Of a DNA stretch of 64,000 nucleotides, positions 1 through 10,685 are shown piece by piece. The position numbers and the translations under genes are program-made. Position 1 is the stretch's first letter. Each line of letters opens with the position of its first letter. Where the stretch lies: contig JBHJGN010000029.1 in assembly GCA_050331735.1 (NCBI GenBank), positions 1-64,000 on the forward strand, read 5' to 3'. Source of the stretch: Cyanophyceae cyanobacterium (lineage in GTDB: Bacteria; Cyanobacteriota; Cyanobacteriia; Cyanobacteriales; JBHJGN01). The notes beneath the pieces were generated by a model. The model was not told the DNA's origin. It searched no databases and saw nothing but the letters and a program-made list of their open reading frames with translations.

Positions 1-6
1 GAAGCT

Positions 7-432
7 ATGCGTCTCCCCGATGAACCAGAAGCACCGTTTGAAATTAATCTCGTGCCGATGATCGATGTCATCTTCTCGATCCTCGCCTTCTTTATCATCT
101 CAACGCTGTTTTTAACCCGTTCGGAAGGGTTGCCCGTCAATTTACCTTCTGCCCAAACTGCCCAAGTCGAGCCCAGTGCCCCCATCAACGTCACGATTGA
201 GCCAGATGGCAATCTGTTTCTCAATCGTCAACCCACTGAACTTGATAAATTACAAGGATCGGTAAGGAATTTAATAGAACCAAACGCCGAGACTTTGGTG
301 ATTATCAACGCAGATGAAAAGGTCGAACACGGACAAGTCGTGAGCGTCATGGATCGCTTGCGCCAGGTAGAAGGAGCAAAACTGGCGATTGGCACAGCCA
401 CGCCTTCGGCGAACGCTGCCAACAAAGAGTAG
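7..432 (+). CDS. exbD: ExbD/TolR biopolymer transport protein
   Basis: EINLVPMIDVIFSILAFFII transmembrane motif and IINADEKVEHGQVVSVMD C-terminal motif. Confidence 0.92.
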   Translation: MRLPDEPEAPFEINLVPMIDVIFSILAFFIISTLFLTRSEGLPVNLPSAQTAQVEPSAPINVTIEPDGNLFLNRQPTELDKLQGSVRNLIEPNAETLVIINADEKVEHGQVVSVMDRLRQVEGAKLAIGTATPSANAANKE

Positions 433-485
433 ATCCAGCTAATTCTCAGCCAAATTATTTGGGAGGGAAACGCCCATAGATATCA

Positions 486-1559
486 ATGTGCTCAAGTCGC
501 GTATCTTGTGATGACAATGACAAACGACAGATTACTGTGACTTCTCAACTAAGATTCAACTCAAAGACAAAAACGCATCTCTGCTTAGCTGGTTTGGCGT
601 TTAGTGGAATATTGCTAGGGCTGTGTGTTGTGGCAAGTATCGCTTGGGGGGCGGCAGATATCTCTTTCTCTGAAGCTTATCAGTCGTTAATTGCCTTTGA
701 CGGTTCGCCCAACCACCTGATTATTCGCACGGTGCGACTGCCGCGATCGCTCCTGGCAATCATCGTCGGTGCTGCTATCTCGATGGCAGGAGCAATTATG
801 CAGGGCATTACCCGAAATCCTCTGGCCGATCCGGGGATTCTCGGTATTAATGCAGGAGCAGTGCTGGCGGTGGTAGGGACAATCTTTTTGTTCGGTGCCT
901 CATCGCCCAGTTTTTATGTTTGGTGTGCCTTCGCGGGGGCAGGGATAACTGCACTTAGCGTCTATTTCTTAGCCTCTTTGGGTCGTAGCGGCACTACTCC
1001 CCTTAATCTTACGATCGCGGGGGCGGCAGTGAGTGCCTTTCTTACGTCTCTCACCACTGCCGTACTGATTGTTAGTCAGCGCACCCTCGAAGAAATTCGT
1101 TTCTGGTTAGCGGGTTCGCTGGCGGGGGCAGATCTGAGTCTAGTCCGGCAAATTCTGCCCTATGTGTGCGTAGGTGCAATCTTGACATTAATGATTTCTC
1201 GACAGATTACAATCTTGAGTCTCGGAGAAGAGGTGGCTACAGGCTTAGGGCAAAACACTGTTTGGGTAAAAATGGCGGCGGCTGTTTGCGTGTTGCTTCT
1301 AGCGGGTAGTGCAGTAGCGGTAGCAGGTGCCATTGGCTTTATCGGTTTAGTCGTTCCTCATATCGTGCGGCTGTTAGTGGGAGTTGATTATCGCTGGATT
1401 CTGCCCTATAGCGCCGTGTTTGGGGCAATCTTGCTGCTGGGATCGGATATTGCTGCCAGATTGATACTTCAACCCCAAGAGATCCCGGTTGGCATTATGA
1501 CAGCTTTAGTCGGCGCGCCTTTCTTCCTTTATCTAGCCAAAACTAAGGTGAAGAAATGA
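486..1559 (+). CDS. Iron-siderophore ABC transporter permease (FecCD family); true start may be GTG at about 537
   Basis: VRLPR...[20 protein letters not shown] and [12 protein letters not shown] motifs. Confidence 0.92.
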   Translation: MCSSRVSCDDNDKRQITVTSQLRFNSKTKTHLCLAGLAFSGILLGLCVVASIAWGAADISFSEAYQSLIAFDGSPNHLIIRTVRLPRSLLAIIVGAAISMAGAIMQGITRNPLADPGILGINAGAVLAVVGTIFLFGASSPSFYVWCAFAGAGITALSVYFLASLGRSGTTPLNLTIAGAAVSAFLTSLTTAVLIVSQRTLEEIRFWLAGSLAGADLSLVRQILPYVCVGAILTLMISRQITILSLGEEVATGLGQNTVWVKMAAAVCVLLLAGSAVAVAGAIGFIGLVVPHIVRLLVGVDYRWILPYSAVFGAILLLGSDIAARLILQPQEIPVGIMTALVGAPFFLYLAKTKVKK

Positions 1560-2599
1560 AGACAAGTAGGATTATTTTCCGCTCCAAAATTCTGCCCATC
1601 TCCTTCCGCCTTCATCAGCGCGTTCCGATTGTTTTACTTGTTTTAGTTGCGATCACTCTGACGGCGATGGTGATTAATACGTCAGTTGGGGAATATCCAA
1701 TACCACCCCTCGCCGTTATTCAAACGGTACTGGGAATTGACCAAAATCCTGATTATGCTTTTGTCGTTAACACGTTACGAGTGCCCAGAACTCTTACCGC
1801 TTGTTTGGTAGGCATCGCTTTAGCCATCTCCGGCACAATTCTGCAAGGCATCACCCGTAACCCCCTTGCCGATCCCGGCATCATTGGCATTAACGCTGGG
1901 GCGAGTTTAGCAGCAGTGAGTCTGATTGTCTTGTTTGCGAATGTACCAGCACAGATGTTGCCGCTAGCTGCCTTTGGCGGTGCTTTAGTCGCTTCCGGGT
2001 TAATCTACTCCTTAGCTTGGGATCGGGGGACTCATCCGGTGCGACTCATTTTAATTGGTGTTGGCATTGCGGCGGTAGCAAGCGCGCTGACTAATTTGAT
2101 GATAACGTTTGGGGATATCTACGATGTTAGTCGCGCTTTGGTTTGGCTAGCAGGTAGTGTTTACGGACGCAGTTGGGAACAGGTGCGATCGCTATTGCCT
2201 TGGTTAATCGTGTTTGTCCCCCTATCGTTGGCGAATGCTCCCCAGCTAAATGCTTTAGCCTTGGGAGAAGAAACAGCAAAAGGGTTGGGAAGTCGAGTGG
2301 AATGGCAGCGCAGTTTGCTCCTATTAATTAGTGCTGCTTTATCTGGTGCGGCGGTAGCCACCGCCGGAACGATTAGTTTCGTCGGGTTAATTGCTCCTCA
2401 TATAGCGCGTCAACTAGTTGGAAATATTCACGAAGGATTAATACCTGTCGCGGCAATCATGGGAGCCGTCATTGTCGTTGTTGCCGATTTGTTGGGCAGA
2501 ACACTACTCGCTCCCATCGAGCTTCCCTGCGGAATTATTACGGCGATCGTCGGTGCGCCTTATTTTGTTTACTTGTTAATTAAAAATCGTCGTCAATGA
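1556..2599 (+). CDS. Iron-siderophore ABC transporter permease (FecCD family)
   Basis: LRVPR...[16 protein letters not shown] and [15 protein letters not shown] motifs; overlaps upstream stop. Confidence 0.92.
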   Translation: MKTSRIIFRSKILPISFRLHQRVPIVLLVLVAITLTAMVINTSVGEYPIPPLAVIQTVLGIDQNPDYAFVVNTLRVPRTLTACLVGIALAISGTILQGITRNPLADPGIIGINAGASLAAVSLIVLFANVPAQMLPLAAFGGALVASGLIYSLAWDRGTHPVRLILIGVGIAAVASALTNLMITFGDIYDVSRALVWLAGSVYGRSWEQVRSLLPWLIVFVPLSLANAPQLNALALGEETAKGLGSRVEWQRSLLLLISAALSGAAVATAGTISFVGLIAPHIARQLVGNIHEGLIPVAAIMGAVIVVVADLLGRTLLAPIELPCGIITAIVGAPYFVYLLIKNRRQ

Positions 2600-3414
2600 A
2601 ATCAGGTTCCTCCCACTACCAATTATCAACCCGCGACCTTACTCTAGGGTACGATCGCACTCCAGTGATTAAAAGTATTGACCTAACGATTCCGCAAGGA
2701 AAAATTACGGCATTAGTTGGGGCTAACGGCTGCGGCAAATCGACTCTCCTGCGGGGGCTGGCGAGGCTGCTGAAACCCATTGGCGGCAGCGTCTATTTAG
2801 ATTCCACCGACTTATTTAAACTCTCGACAAAAGCGGTAGCAAAGAAGTTAGGCATTCTCTCTCAATCGCCCGTTGCCCCGGAAGGATTGACGGTTAAAGA
2901 TTTGGTTGCCTGCGGGCGATACCCTTATCAAAAATGGCTACAGCAATGGTCAAAAGAAGATGAACGGTATGTGGAATTGGCGTTAGAAATTACGCGAATG
3001 AAGGAGTTAGGCGAGCGGGAATTAGATACCCTGTCTGGCGGACAAAGACAACGGGCTTGGATCGCAATGGCGCTGGCGCAAGATACGGAGATTTTGCTGT
3101 TAGATGAACCCACAACTTTTTTAGATTTAGCCCATCAGATTGAGGTGCTAGATTTGCTGTGGGAATTGAACCAAACCCAGGGAAGAACGTTGGTAATGGT
3201 GCTGCACGATCTGAACCAAGCTTGTCGCTATGCCGATTATTTAGTGGCGGTAAGCCAAGGGAATATTCATGCTCAGGGTAAGCCGGAAGCCGTGATGACT
3301 GAAACGATGATTTTAGAGGTGTTTGGGTTGGAATGTAAGATTGTGAGCGATCCGGTGGCAGGCACTCCCCTGTGCGTACCAATTAGCCGCAAGGGAAGAT
3401 TAGCCTCAACTTAG
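2596..3414 (+). CDS. Iron-siderophore ABC transporter ATP-binding protein (FecE/FhuC family)
   Basis: Walker A GANGCGKS, signature LSGGQRQR, Walker B LLLDEPT. Confidence 0.95.
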   Translation: MKSGSSHYQLSTRDLTLGYDRTPVIKSIDLTIPQGKITALVGANGCGKSTLLRGLARLLKPIGGSVYLDSTDLFKLSTKAVAKKLGILSQSPVAPEGLTVKDLVACGRYPYQKWLQQWSKEDERYVELALEITRMKELGERELDTLSGGQRQRAWIAMALAQDTEILLLDEPTTFLDLAHQIEVLDLLWELNQTQGRTLVMVLHDLNQACRYADYLVAVSQGNIHAQGKPEAVMTETMILEVFGLECKIVSDPVAGTPLCVPISRKGRLAST

Positions 3415-3484
3415 GGGCGATCGCCTCCTCCCTACAGCCCATCAGACCTGCACAGGCTGTACAAGCGCAGCTTTCTAGCTCAGT

Positions 3485-3506
3485 TATTTGATATTATTCT
3501 CAATAA
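3485..3506. promoter_or_regulatory. Putative Fur box upstream of the AraC gene
   Basis: AT-rich quasi-palindrome TATTTGATATTATTCTCAATAA in an iron-uptake cluster. Confidence 0.6.
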
Positions 3507-3521
3507 GTTATTGGTGAGTGA

Positions 3522-4526
3522 TTGATAATGGCGATCGAATTGACAGGTCAGACACTACATGAACTCTCTCTTGAACAGGGGGGCGTAGAATATACCCGCG
3601 AACACTTTATCAGCCGCGTCGATTTACCTCGACAAATTGGCACCGGAAGCGATCGCTCGATTCAACTTCGTCCGGGATTGGAACTGGCACTCTCAGATCG
3701 GAATCACCACCAACTAACGATTGTAGAAGAAACCCACGATCCGAGTTTTCCCATCTCTGCTAAGTTTTACTTATCTGGTGGGGTACGAACTGTCACTCCC
3801 AACGTCGCCGGAATTGCTGACGATTATGAAGAAGTGGCTTCTCAGAATTATTTGTTTTTCCTCCCCGATATTCTAGAATTTGAGCATTTTCCAGCACAGC
3901 AACCGATTCAGTCAATCAGAATTTACCTGCAACCGGATTTGCTGCAATCGCAGACAGAATTTGACTTACCCACTCCCCTCCAACAGCTAGGTGAGGGAAC
4001 TAAGCAACGCTTCCATCAACCCCTTGGTAAAACTACGCCACAAATGCAGCAAGTTTTACACCAGATTCTCACTTGTCCGTTTCAAGGCGCGATTCAACGC
4101 CTGTATTGGGAGGGAAAAGCTTGGGAATTATTAGCCTTACAGCTAGCACAATGGACACAGATGTCTGAGTCGAAGGGGCGATCACTCTGCTTGCGTCCTC
4201 AAGATATCGATCGCCTGTATCAAGCCAGAGCATTTCTCCTCGAAAATCTAGCCGATCCGCCTTCAATAATCGAGCTAGCGCACCACGTCGGACTTAATAG
4301 CGACAAACTTAAGCGTGGCTTCCGACAGCTATTTGACAACACGGTATTTGGTTATATACACGAACAACGAATGCAGCAGGCACAAACTTTTTTACTAAAC
4401 GAAATGACAATTGTAGGAGTGGCTACCACTGTTGGTTATGCGAGTGCCACCTCCTTTAGTACGGCTTTTAAGCGACGGTTTGGCATTTCTCCCAAACGCT
4501 ATCAAATCACTCGCCGAGTTCCCTAG
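3522..4526 (+). CDS. AraC-family (PchR-like) transcriptional regulator; probable start ATG 3528
   Basis: C-terminal double HTH (ELAHHVGLNSDKLKRGF...VGYASATSFSTAFKRRFGISPK); adjacent to a TonB-dependent receptor. Confidence 0.92.
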   Translation: MIMAIELTGQTLHELSLEQGGVEYTREHFISRVDLPRQIGTGSDRSIQLRPGLELALSDRNHHQLTIVEETHDPSFPISAKFYLSGGVRTVTPNVAGIADDYEEVASQNYLFFLPDILEFEHFPAQQPIQSIRIYLQPDLLQSQTEFDLPTPLQQLGEGTKQRFHQPLGKTTPQMQQVLHQILTCPFQGAIQRLYWEGKAWELLALQLAQWTQMSESKGRSLCLRPQDIDRLYQARAFLLENLADPPSIIELAHHVGLNSDKLKRGFRQLFDNTVFGYIHEQRMQQAQTFLLNEMTIVGVATTVGYASATSFSTAFKRRFGISPKRYQITRRVP

Positions 4527-4539
4527 CCATTTTTGTGAC

Positions 4540-4581
4540 AAAAAATTCCTAGGGAAGAGGAAATACTTCCGCATTAAGAGA
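4540..4581 (+). promoter_or_regulatory. 21-bp direct repeat, candidate AraC binding site
   Basis: AAAAAATTCCTAGGGAAGAGG followed by AAATACTTCCGCATTAAGAGA (shared AAAnAnTTCC-N5-AAGAG). Confidence 0.5.
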
Positions 4582-4620
4582 AAAACTTAATCTAAGTTTG
4601 GTATTCTAATTTTCACTCAG

Positions 4621-4639
4621 TTGAGAAATATTCTTAATT
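4621..4639. promoter_or_regulatory. Putative Fur box upstream of the TonB-dependent receptor
   Basis: TTGAGAAATATTCTTAATT quasi-palindrome resembling the 3485 site. Confidence 0.55.
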
Positions 4640-4663
4640 GCTAAATTTGATGGTGTAAAGACT

Positions 4664-7189
4664 ATGGCAAGGAAGCTGCTATTTTTAGCGATCGCGAGAT
4701 TAATACCAGTCGTTGGGAGTGCGATCGCTACAGGAGTATTAACACAGCCAACTTGGGCGAATCCAAGCTTAGAAACGGAGCAGAGAAATATTTTTACGGC
4801 TTCCAGTACCTCTGTCCAAGAGTTATTGGCTCAACAGAATGGAATTACCCGCGTTGCGGGAGTGGAACTAAATCGAACCGATGAGCGGTTAGAGGTAATT
4901 TTAACCACCACCGCCGGAGAAAGATTAGTGCCTTTAATTGTGCCGGAAGAGAATACGTTAGTGATTGACATCCTCGATGCCACCCTCGTACCAACGAGAG
5001 AGTTTAGAGAAACCAATCCTTTACCAGGAATTACAGAAATTAGGGTTGTTCAAGTAGATGAGAGTAGCATTCGCGTAACCATTACCGGAGAAGAACAAGC
5101 ACCGACGGTCCAAGTCATTCCCTCACCGGAAAATTTAGTCTTGGGCGTGACTCCTGAAGACAATACCATTGAAGCTCAACCCGATGAGGAAATTGAAATT
5201 ATCGCCACCGTTGAGGAAGACGATTACTTCGTTCCCAATGCGACTACGGGAACGCGAACCGATATTCCCAGACTAAACATTCCCCAATCGATTCAGGTCG
5301 TTCCCCAAGAGGTACTAGAAGACCAACAGGTAATTCGTCTTGATGAAGCCCTGCGGAATGTGAGTGGCGTTACTTTTGGCGGGACAGATTTAGGCAGAGG
5401 ACTTGAATTTAGCATTCGCGGCTTCGATGAAGCCCCCATTCTTCGTAACGGTTTCCGGCAATTTGGTGCGGACGTAGTGACAGAAACGGCTAACTTAGAG
5501 CAAGTGGAAGTCTTAAAGGGTCCAGCATCAGTTTTGTATGGAGAGAGCGAACCTGGGGGGTTAATTAACCTCGTCACCAAAAAACCGACATCCCAACCCT
5601 TTTATGAAATTCAGACTCAGTTTGGTAATCGCCGTTTAATCAGTCCTCGCTTAGACATTTCTGGTCCACTGACTGAAGATGGTCGTTTGCTTTATCGACT
5701 CAACGCCCTCTATCGCACTAGTGACCCTATCCAAGATGTTGACACCGATATAGAGCGGTTTTTTATTTCTCCTGTGGTGACTTGGAACATTGGCGATCGC
5801 ACTGACGTAAATTTTGAAGTAGAATATCTCCACGAAGAACGACCGCCCAGTTTTGGCATTCCGGCGATCGGTGACGAAATTGCTGATATTCCCTTCGAGC
5901 GCATCACCAACGAACCCGACGATATTAGCGAAGAAGAATTTATCAGCGCAGGCTACGACTTAGAGCATCGCTTTAACGACAATTGGAGACTGCGTAACGC
6001 TTTTCGCTATACCCAACAAAATGCCCTGGTAGAAGTGGCTTTTCCGCTCGATATCGACGAAGAAGGTACTGTGTTTCGTGCCTGGGCAGCTCAACCTCAA
6101 GAAGGAGAAAGTTATTCTTTACAAACCAGCGCCGTTGGTGAGTTTGCGACAGGAGCAATTGACCATCAGCTTTTGGTGGGGGTCGATTTGAATTTAACCG
6201 AGGATAATTACAACGCTCGAACCCGACTGGATTTTGATAATGTCTTAGAACTGAATCTTTTTGACCCAGTATACGGAACTGCCCCTAGACCAGATTTTGA
6301 TGAATTACCTTTTCTTGAAGATAGAGAAACAGAAACGCGGCGACTGGGGGTTTTTCTTCAAGATCTCGTTTCCTTTTCCGACCGTTTCTTTCTCTTAGCC
6401 GGACTGCGTTATGACACGGTAGAGCAAATCGTCACTGATAATCTTGAGCAGACAGAAATCACTCAAAATAACGATGCTCTCACTCCCCGCGTGGGCGTTG
6501 TGTACCAACCGAGCGAGAGGGTTTCTCTGTATGGGAGTTACTCCCAGTCGTTCGCGCCTAATCCAGAGACTAGCGATGGCGAACCTTTAGAACCCGAAGA
6601 AGGTGAAGGGTTTGAAGTGGGAGTCAAATCGGAGCTACTAGAAGACAAGCTGTTTGCCACCTTGGCTTATTTCAACATTACTAAGCAAAATGTCGCTAGT
6701 GAAGATCCTGACGATCCTTTCTCTTTCATCGCAACCGGAGAACAGGAAAGCCAAGGGATCGAGCTGGATATCGTTGGAGAAATTTTGCCCGGTTGGAGGA
6801 TTATTGCTGCCTATGCCTACATTGATGCTGAAGTGACAGAGGATAACGTAATCGAGGTTGGCAACCGCCTGAACAACGCTCCCGAACACAGTGCTAGCCT
6901 ATGGACGACCTATGAACTTCAACAAGGCAATCTGCAAGGACTCGGTTTTGGTATCGGTTTTAACTTTGTTGACGAACAGCAAGGGGATCTAGAGAACACC
7001 TTTGAGTTAGATAGTTTCTTTCTGACCAATGCGGCGATCTTTTACGAGCGTGGCAACTGGCGTGCCGCCGTTAATTTTAGAAATATATTCAATGTGGACT
7101 ATATAGACGGCGCGTCTACAGTCAGAGTCAGAGGCAACGATCGCGGTGAACCTTTTACCGTTTTGGGTTCGATTTCGGTTGAATTTTGA
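4664..7189 (+). CDS. TonB-dependent siderophore receptor with N-terminal AMIN domain
   Basis: Plug motifs (IPQSIQVVPQEVLEDQ, EQVEVLKGPASVLYG), beta-barrel ending in F, cyanobacterial AMIN-type N-terminus. Confidence 0.95.
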   Translation: MARKLLFLAIARLIPVVGSAIATGVLTQPTWANPSLETEQRNIFTASSTSVQELLAQQNGITRVAGVELNRTDERLEVILTTTAGERLVPLIVPEENTLVIDILDATLVPTREFRETNPLPGITEIRVVQVDESSIRVTITGEEQAPTVQVIPSPENLVLGVTPEDNTIEAQPDEEIEIIATVEEDDYFVPNATTGTRTDIPRLNIPQSIQVVPQEVLEDQQVIRLDEALRNVSGVTFGGTDLGRGLEFSIRGFDEAPILRNGFRQFGADVVTETANLEQVEVLKGPASVLYGESEPGGLINLVTKKPTSQPFYEIQTQFGNRRLISPRLDISGPLTEDGRLLYRLNALYRTSDPIQDVDTDIERFFISPVVTWNIGDRTDVNFEVEYLHEERPPSFGIPAIGDEIADIPFERITNEPDDISEEEFISAGYDLEHRFNDNWRLRNAFRYTQQNALVEVAFPLDIDEEGTVFRAWAAQPQEGESYSLQTSAVGEFATGAIDHQLLVGVDLNLTEDNYNARTRLDFDNVLELNLFDPVYGTAPRPDFDELPFLEDRETETRRLGVFLQDLVSFSDRFFLLAGLRYDTVEQIVTDNLEQTEITQNNDALTPRVGVVYQPSERVSLYGSYSQSFAPNPETSDGEPLEPEEGEGFEVGVKSELLEDKLFATLAYFNITKQNVASEDPDDPFSFIATGEQESQGIELDIVGEILPGWRIIAAYAYIDAEVTEDNVIEVGNRLNNAPEHSASLWTTYELQQGNLQGLGFGIGFNFVDEQQGDLENTFELDSFFLTNAAIFYERGNWRAAVNFRNIFNVDYIDGASTVRVRGNDRGEPFTVLGSISVEF

Positions 7190-7230
7190 ATGAGTTTTGT
7201 CGCGTCTCTAAGAAGTAATAGGTAAATACA

Positions 7231-8295
7231 ATGAAAAATCACCATTGTAAAACTATAAATTGTTGGTATTGGAGCATCAGAAAATTAAGCCGAGGATTGG
7301 GACTAGGAATACTGACGGTTTTAATTGTTGCCTGTAGCCCTAGCGAGCACACTAATTCTGAAGTATCATCCTCAACAAATTGCCAAACCCTACAACACGA
7401 TGCCGGGAAAACCGAAATCTGCAATCGCCCCCAGAGAATTGTGGCAATTGGTCCGAATATGTTAGAAATCTTGCTAGCACTCGATGTTGAACCAGTAGGG
7501 TACGCCGATTATTTTTCCTTACCTTCTCGCCAGTTCGATCGACCTAGCCAACAAATTCCTTTTTTAGGGGAGAGAGTCACAAACCAGCCGATAAACTTAG
7601 GGTCTGCCGACGCTCCTTCCCCGGAAAAGATTGCCCAGCTTCAACCCGATTTAATTCTAGGAGACATTTATGCCAACCAAGATCAATACGATCTGCTCTC
7701 TCAAATTGCACCGACACTACTGTTTACCTATGCGGTAGATGAGCAATGGCAGAAGCAAATGCGCTCCATTGCTCAGGCTCTCGGAAAATCTGAGCAAGCC
7801 GAACAAGTTATTGCCCAACACTTACAAAGAATTGCTCAGGCAAAAACAGCCCTACAGCCGATTGCTAGTCAATATCCCAGGGTACTGCTGTTAGGGTCGC
7901 AACGCTTAGACCAAGGCATCGAGATCGACCCCTATAACCATGACAGTTACTGTAGCGCACTGATGGCAGACTTAGGGTTTCAACTTGTCTTTCCTCCTAA
8001 TTCTGAAGGGAAAGAGGGACAAGGGGGCAACGTTTCTCTAGAACTTTTACCCCAACTCCCGGCTGATCTCATTGTTATCGAAGCCTATAGTACTGACTTT
8101 AGCCATTCAGGAGATGTTGTCAATCAACAAATCGCCTCTGTTAAGCAGCAGTGGAACAGCAACGAAATCGCTCAATCTCTACGGGCCAGTCAAAGCGATC
8201 GCGTCTATTTTACTAGTGCCTATCTTTGCCGAGCCATGCCAGGACCGATTGGAGCCGAGATTTTTCTCAATCAACTTCAGCAACAGTTACTCTGA
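7231..8295 (+). CDS. Iron-siderophore ABC substrate-binding lipoprotein (FecB/FhuD family)
   Basis: Lipobox IVAC; PQRIVAI, EKIAQLQPDLILG, YDLLSQIAPT motifs. Confidence 0.92.
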   Translation: MKNHHCKTINCWYWSIRKLSRGLGLGILTVLIVACSPSEHTNSEVSSSTNCQTLQHDAGKTEICNRPQRIVAIGPNMLEILLALDVEPVGYADYFSLPSRQFDRPSQQIPFLGERVTNQPINLGSADAPSPEKIAQLQPDLILGDIYANQDQYDLLSQIAPTLLFTYAVDEQWQKQMRSIAQALGKSEQAEQVIAQHLQRIAQAKTALQPIASQYPRVLLLGSQRLDQGIEIDPYNHDSYCSALMADLGFQLVFPPNSEGKEGQGGNVSLELLPQLPADLIVIEAYSTDFSHSGDVVNQQIASVKQQWNSNEIAQSLRASQSDRVYFTSAYLCRAMPGPIGAEIFLNQLQQQLL

Positions 8296-8390
8296 GAAAA
8301 CAATAAGAGCGAATTGATAAGCAATCGAGTGTATTAATGTCGAAGTTGCGGCAATTGATAGCCAATGATCCCGACAGATAACATTGCGAT

Positions 8391-8412
8391 GCCTAACGGC
8401 GGGCTACGCCTA
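8391..8412 (-). repeat. SDR5-like short element inserted in a HIP1 site
   Basis: Minus strand GCG|TAGGCGTAGCCCGCCGTTAGGC|ATCGC; brings an in-frame TAG. Confidence 0.85.
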
Positions 8413-9396
8413 CGCGCAGATGACATACAACAGTGCCATACCTGCACCCGCACTGTTACCAAAAGGAGCAAACAGGGAACTCAATATGGTATCTGACTGC
8501 ATCGCTGGTTCAAACAGGTGATCGCTCAAGGGTCCGGCTATTAGAGTGGCGAGCGCGCTGACTAATTCTAAGACTAAAGAATTAGCCGCAAACACTCGTC
8601 CTTGAAGTTCTGGGGGAGTTGCTTCCATCCATAACGCCGTTTCCGAACTACCAAGCAAGGGAAAGTTGAGGGAAGAACAAAATTGAGCGGGTAGCCAGAC
8701 GGGAAGGCTTTGACCCAATCCGAATACTATTTTAGCAACGCCAGCTCCCATAAACCCTGCCAGCATCCCATCGCTCCGTCTTTTTGGTCCGCCCCAAGCC
8801 GTTAAAACGACAGCACCAGTGACTCCTCCAATCCCGGCTGCGAAGAGGATCGCGCTTAAAGCCTGAGAATTGTTCTCTGAGCGAGCTAAAATCATCGGCT
8901 CGTCGATCGCCCCTCCTAAATCGTGGGCAAACCAAAACAAAGCTGTCGTTAGCAGCAAAGTACGTAAGCGAGAACGTTGCCAAATATAGCGAATACCGAA
9001 AGTAATTTCTCCCCACCAAATATTAAATTTGCCTAATGTTCCTTGCCTCCTAGTCTCTCCATCAAGATTAGGAATATGAATCCAAACTAAAGTAGCGATC
9101 GCTACTCCAAAAGTCGCCAAATCTATCGGTAAAATCCCCCCTAAACCAATCATCGGATAAAGCACACCAGCTATAGCTGGGGCAATTATGTTAGAGCCAT
9201 AGTGAACGGCAGAATTTATGCTGTTAGCACGGGTGTAGTTTTGAGGAGATACAAGCAAAGTAATGGAAGTGGAATAGGCAAGTTGTTGAATTTGACCGAA
9301 ACCACCATTAATCGCTGCGGCTAAATACAGATGCCAGATCGCGAGGCGTCCTAATAGATGAAGAATCAGGATCGCTAAAGTCGAACTAGCAGCGAT

Positions 9397-9419
9397 TACG
9401 CTCCGCGTAGCCTTCGGAT
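9397..9419 (-). repeat. SDR5-like short element inserted in a HIP1 site
   Basis: Minus strand GCG|ATCCGAAGGCTACGCGGAGCGTA|ATCGC; causes a frameshift. Confidence 0.85.
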
Positions 9420-9664
9420 CGCATCTCCTAACATCATTAAATGTTTGCGGTTGGCGCGGTCTACAATGATACCCGCGAACAAAGAAATAAAGATACGAGG
9501 TAGTAAAGAAAAGAAACCGACTAAAGCTAAAGCCGTTGCCGAACCCGTTAGTTCCCATGCCCAGAGAGTCAGGGCAAACTCACTCATGTAGCTGCCGATA
9601 GTAGAGATTAGTTGACCGAACCAAATGAGGACGAATTTACGCACTGTGTTTTAAGTAGCAAATA

Positions 9665-10683
9665 CAGCGCTTTGCAGGTTTATGAGGGACAATAACAGCA
9701 GTGGGTAAACCAGTTACGCAAATGCTGAGGATTTATGAGATACATCGCTATTTTGATGAGCAAATCAACTTTTTTAGCGGTCTTGGGAGAAAACTGTCTC
9801 AGAAAAGCCTTGAGTTGTGACCACCAATGTTCAATTGGATTAAATTCTGGCGAGTAGGGAGACAGGTATACAATTCTCGCTCCTACTGCTTCAATCAAAG
9901 GTGCAATAGCTCGTACTTTATGTGCCGGCAAATTATCCATGACCACTACTGCGCCTTCCCAGAGTTGAGGCACCAGACACTTAGAGACATAAACTTTAAA
10001 GGCAGCAGCATCCATTGAATCATCAAGTGTCATGACAGCTAACACTCTAGAAACCGTAACTGCACCGATTACACTGACCTTAGAACCTCGATAAAAGGGT
10101 TTGTAATCATAAGCTCTTTCTCCAGGCTTAGCACGGGCATGGCTTCTGGTCAATCCCAGTAGAATACCCATTTCATCAAGAAATACTAAATCTTTTAGCT
10201 CTACTTCTTTGACTTGTTCCCAATACTTGGCTCTCAGGAGTTGAACTCTTTCACTTTGGGCTTGGCTGGAGCGGAGCGTTTTTTTTTGAGAGGCAATCTT
10301 AGTCGCTGGAATGTCCGACACATAGTACTTTGACTTACCCACAATCCTGTCTCGTTAAAAAGTAGCTCACAATATTCTGCTAAGGTTGCATCATTCTGTT
10401 TCTCAAAGATTTCCATCAACTTAGCTTTATGTTTCATCACTGGACTTACCATCGAACCTCCTTGCTTTCGCGGACGGATGTGTCCTTGTCTTCGCTTCTG
10501 AGTCACTAATCTTTGAACAAAGTTTTTGCTGACTCCAAAACGCTGTGCAACTTTTCTGATCGAGCTATCACCTTTTTCTACGGCATCAATTATCTTTTCT
10601 CGCAAATCTAAGGAATAAGGCTTCATCTGGCAACTTATTTTTACAATACTAGAGATTGTCCCCTATTTAGCTGCAAACTGCTG
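9665..10683 (-). mobile_element. IS630-family insertion sequence (1019 bp)
   Basis: Imperfect terminal inverted repeats TA|CAGCGCTTTGCAGGTTTATGAGGGACA and TA|CAGCAGTTTGCAGCTAAATAGGGGACA; TA at both flanks (9663-9664, 10684-10685). Confidence 0.92.
9680..10626 (-). CDS. IS630 transposase in two frames joined by a programmed frameshift
   Basis: ORF-A MKPYSLDLREKII (HTH); ORF-B with DDE motifs VFLDE, VVMDN, YLSPYSPEFNPIE; A9 run at 10279-10287 in the overlap. Confidence 0.9.
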
Positions 10684-10685
10684 TA

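Larger units (their letters stand above)
8334..9644 (-). pseudogene. MFS transporter disrupted by two small HIP1-site insertions
   Basis: Removing 9397-9419 (23 nt) and 8391-8412 (22 nt) restores two GCGATCGC sites and one 421-aa frame: MRKFVLIWFGQLIS...GDAIAASST...YVICAIAMLSVGIIGYQLPQLRH*. Confidence 0.88.

Noticed and set aside
9420..9558. N-terminus of the track ORF 8410..9558 (MGTNGFGNG...)
   Set aside because: Off-frame reading of the MFS gene upstream of the 23-nt insertion.
10279..10287. Frameshift as evidence of a dead transposase
   Set aside because: An A-run frameshift at this position is a normal feature of two-ORF IS630 elements.
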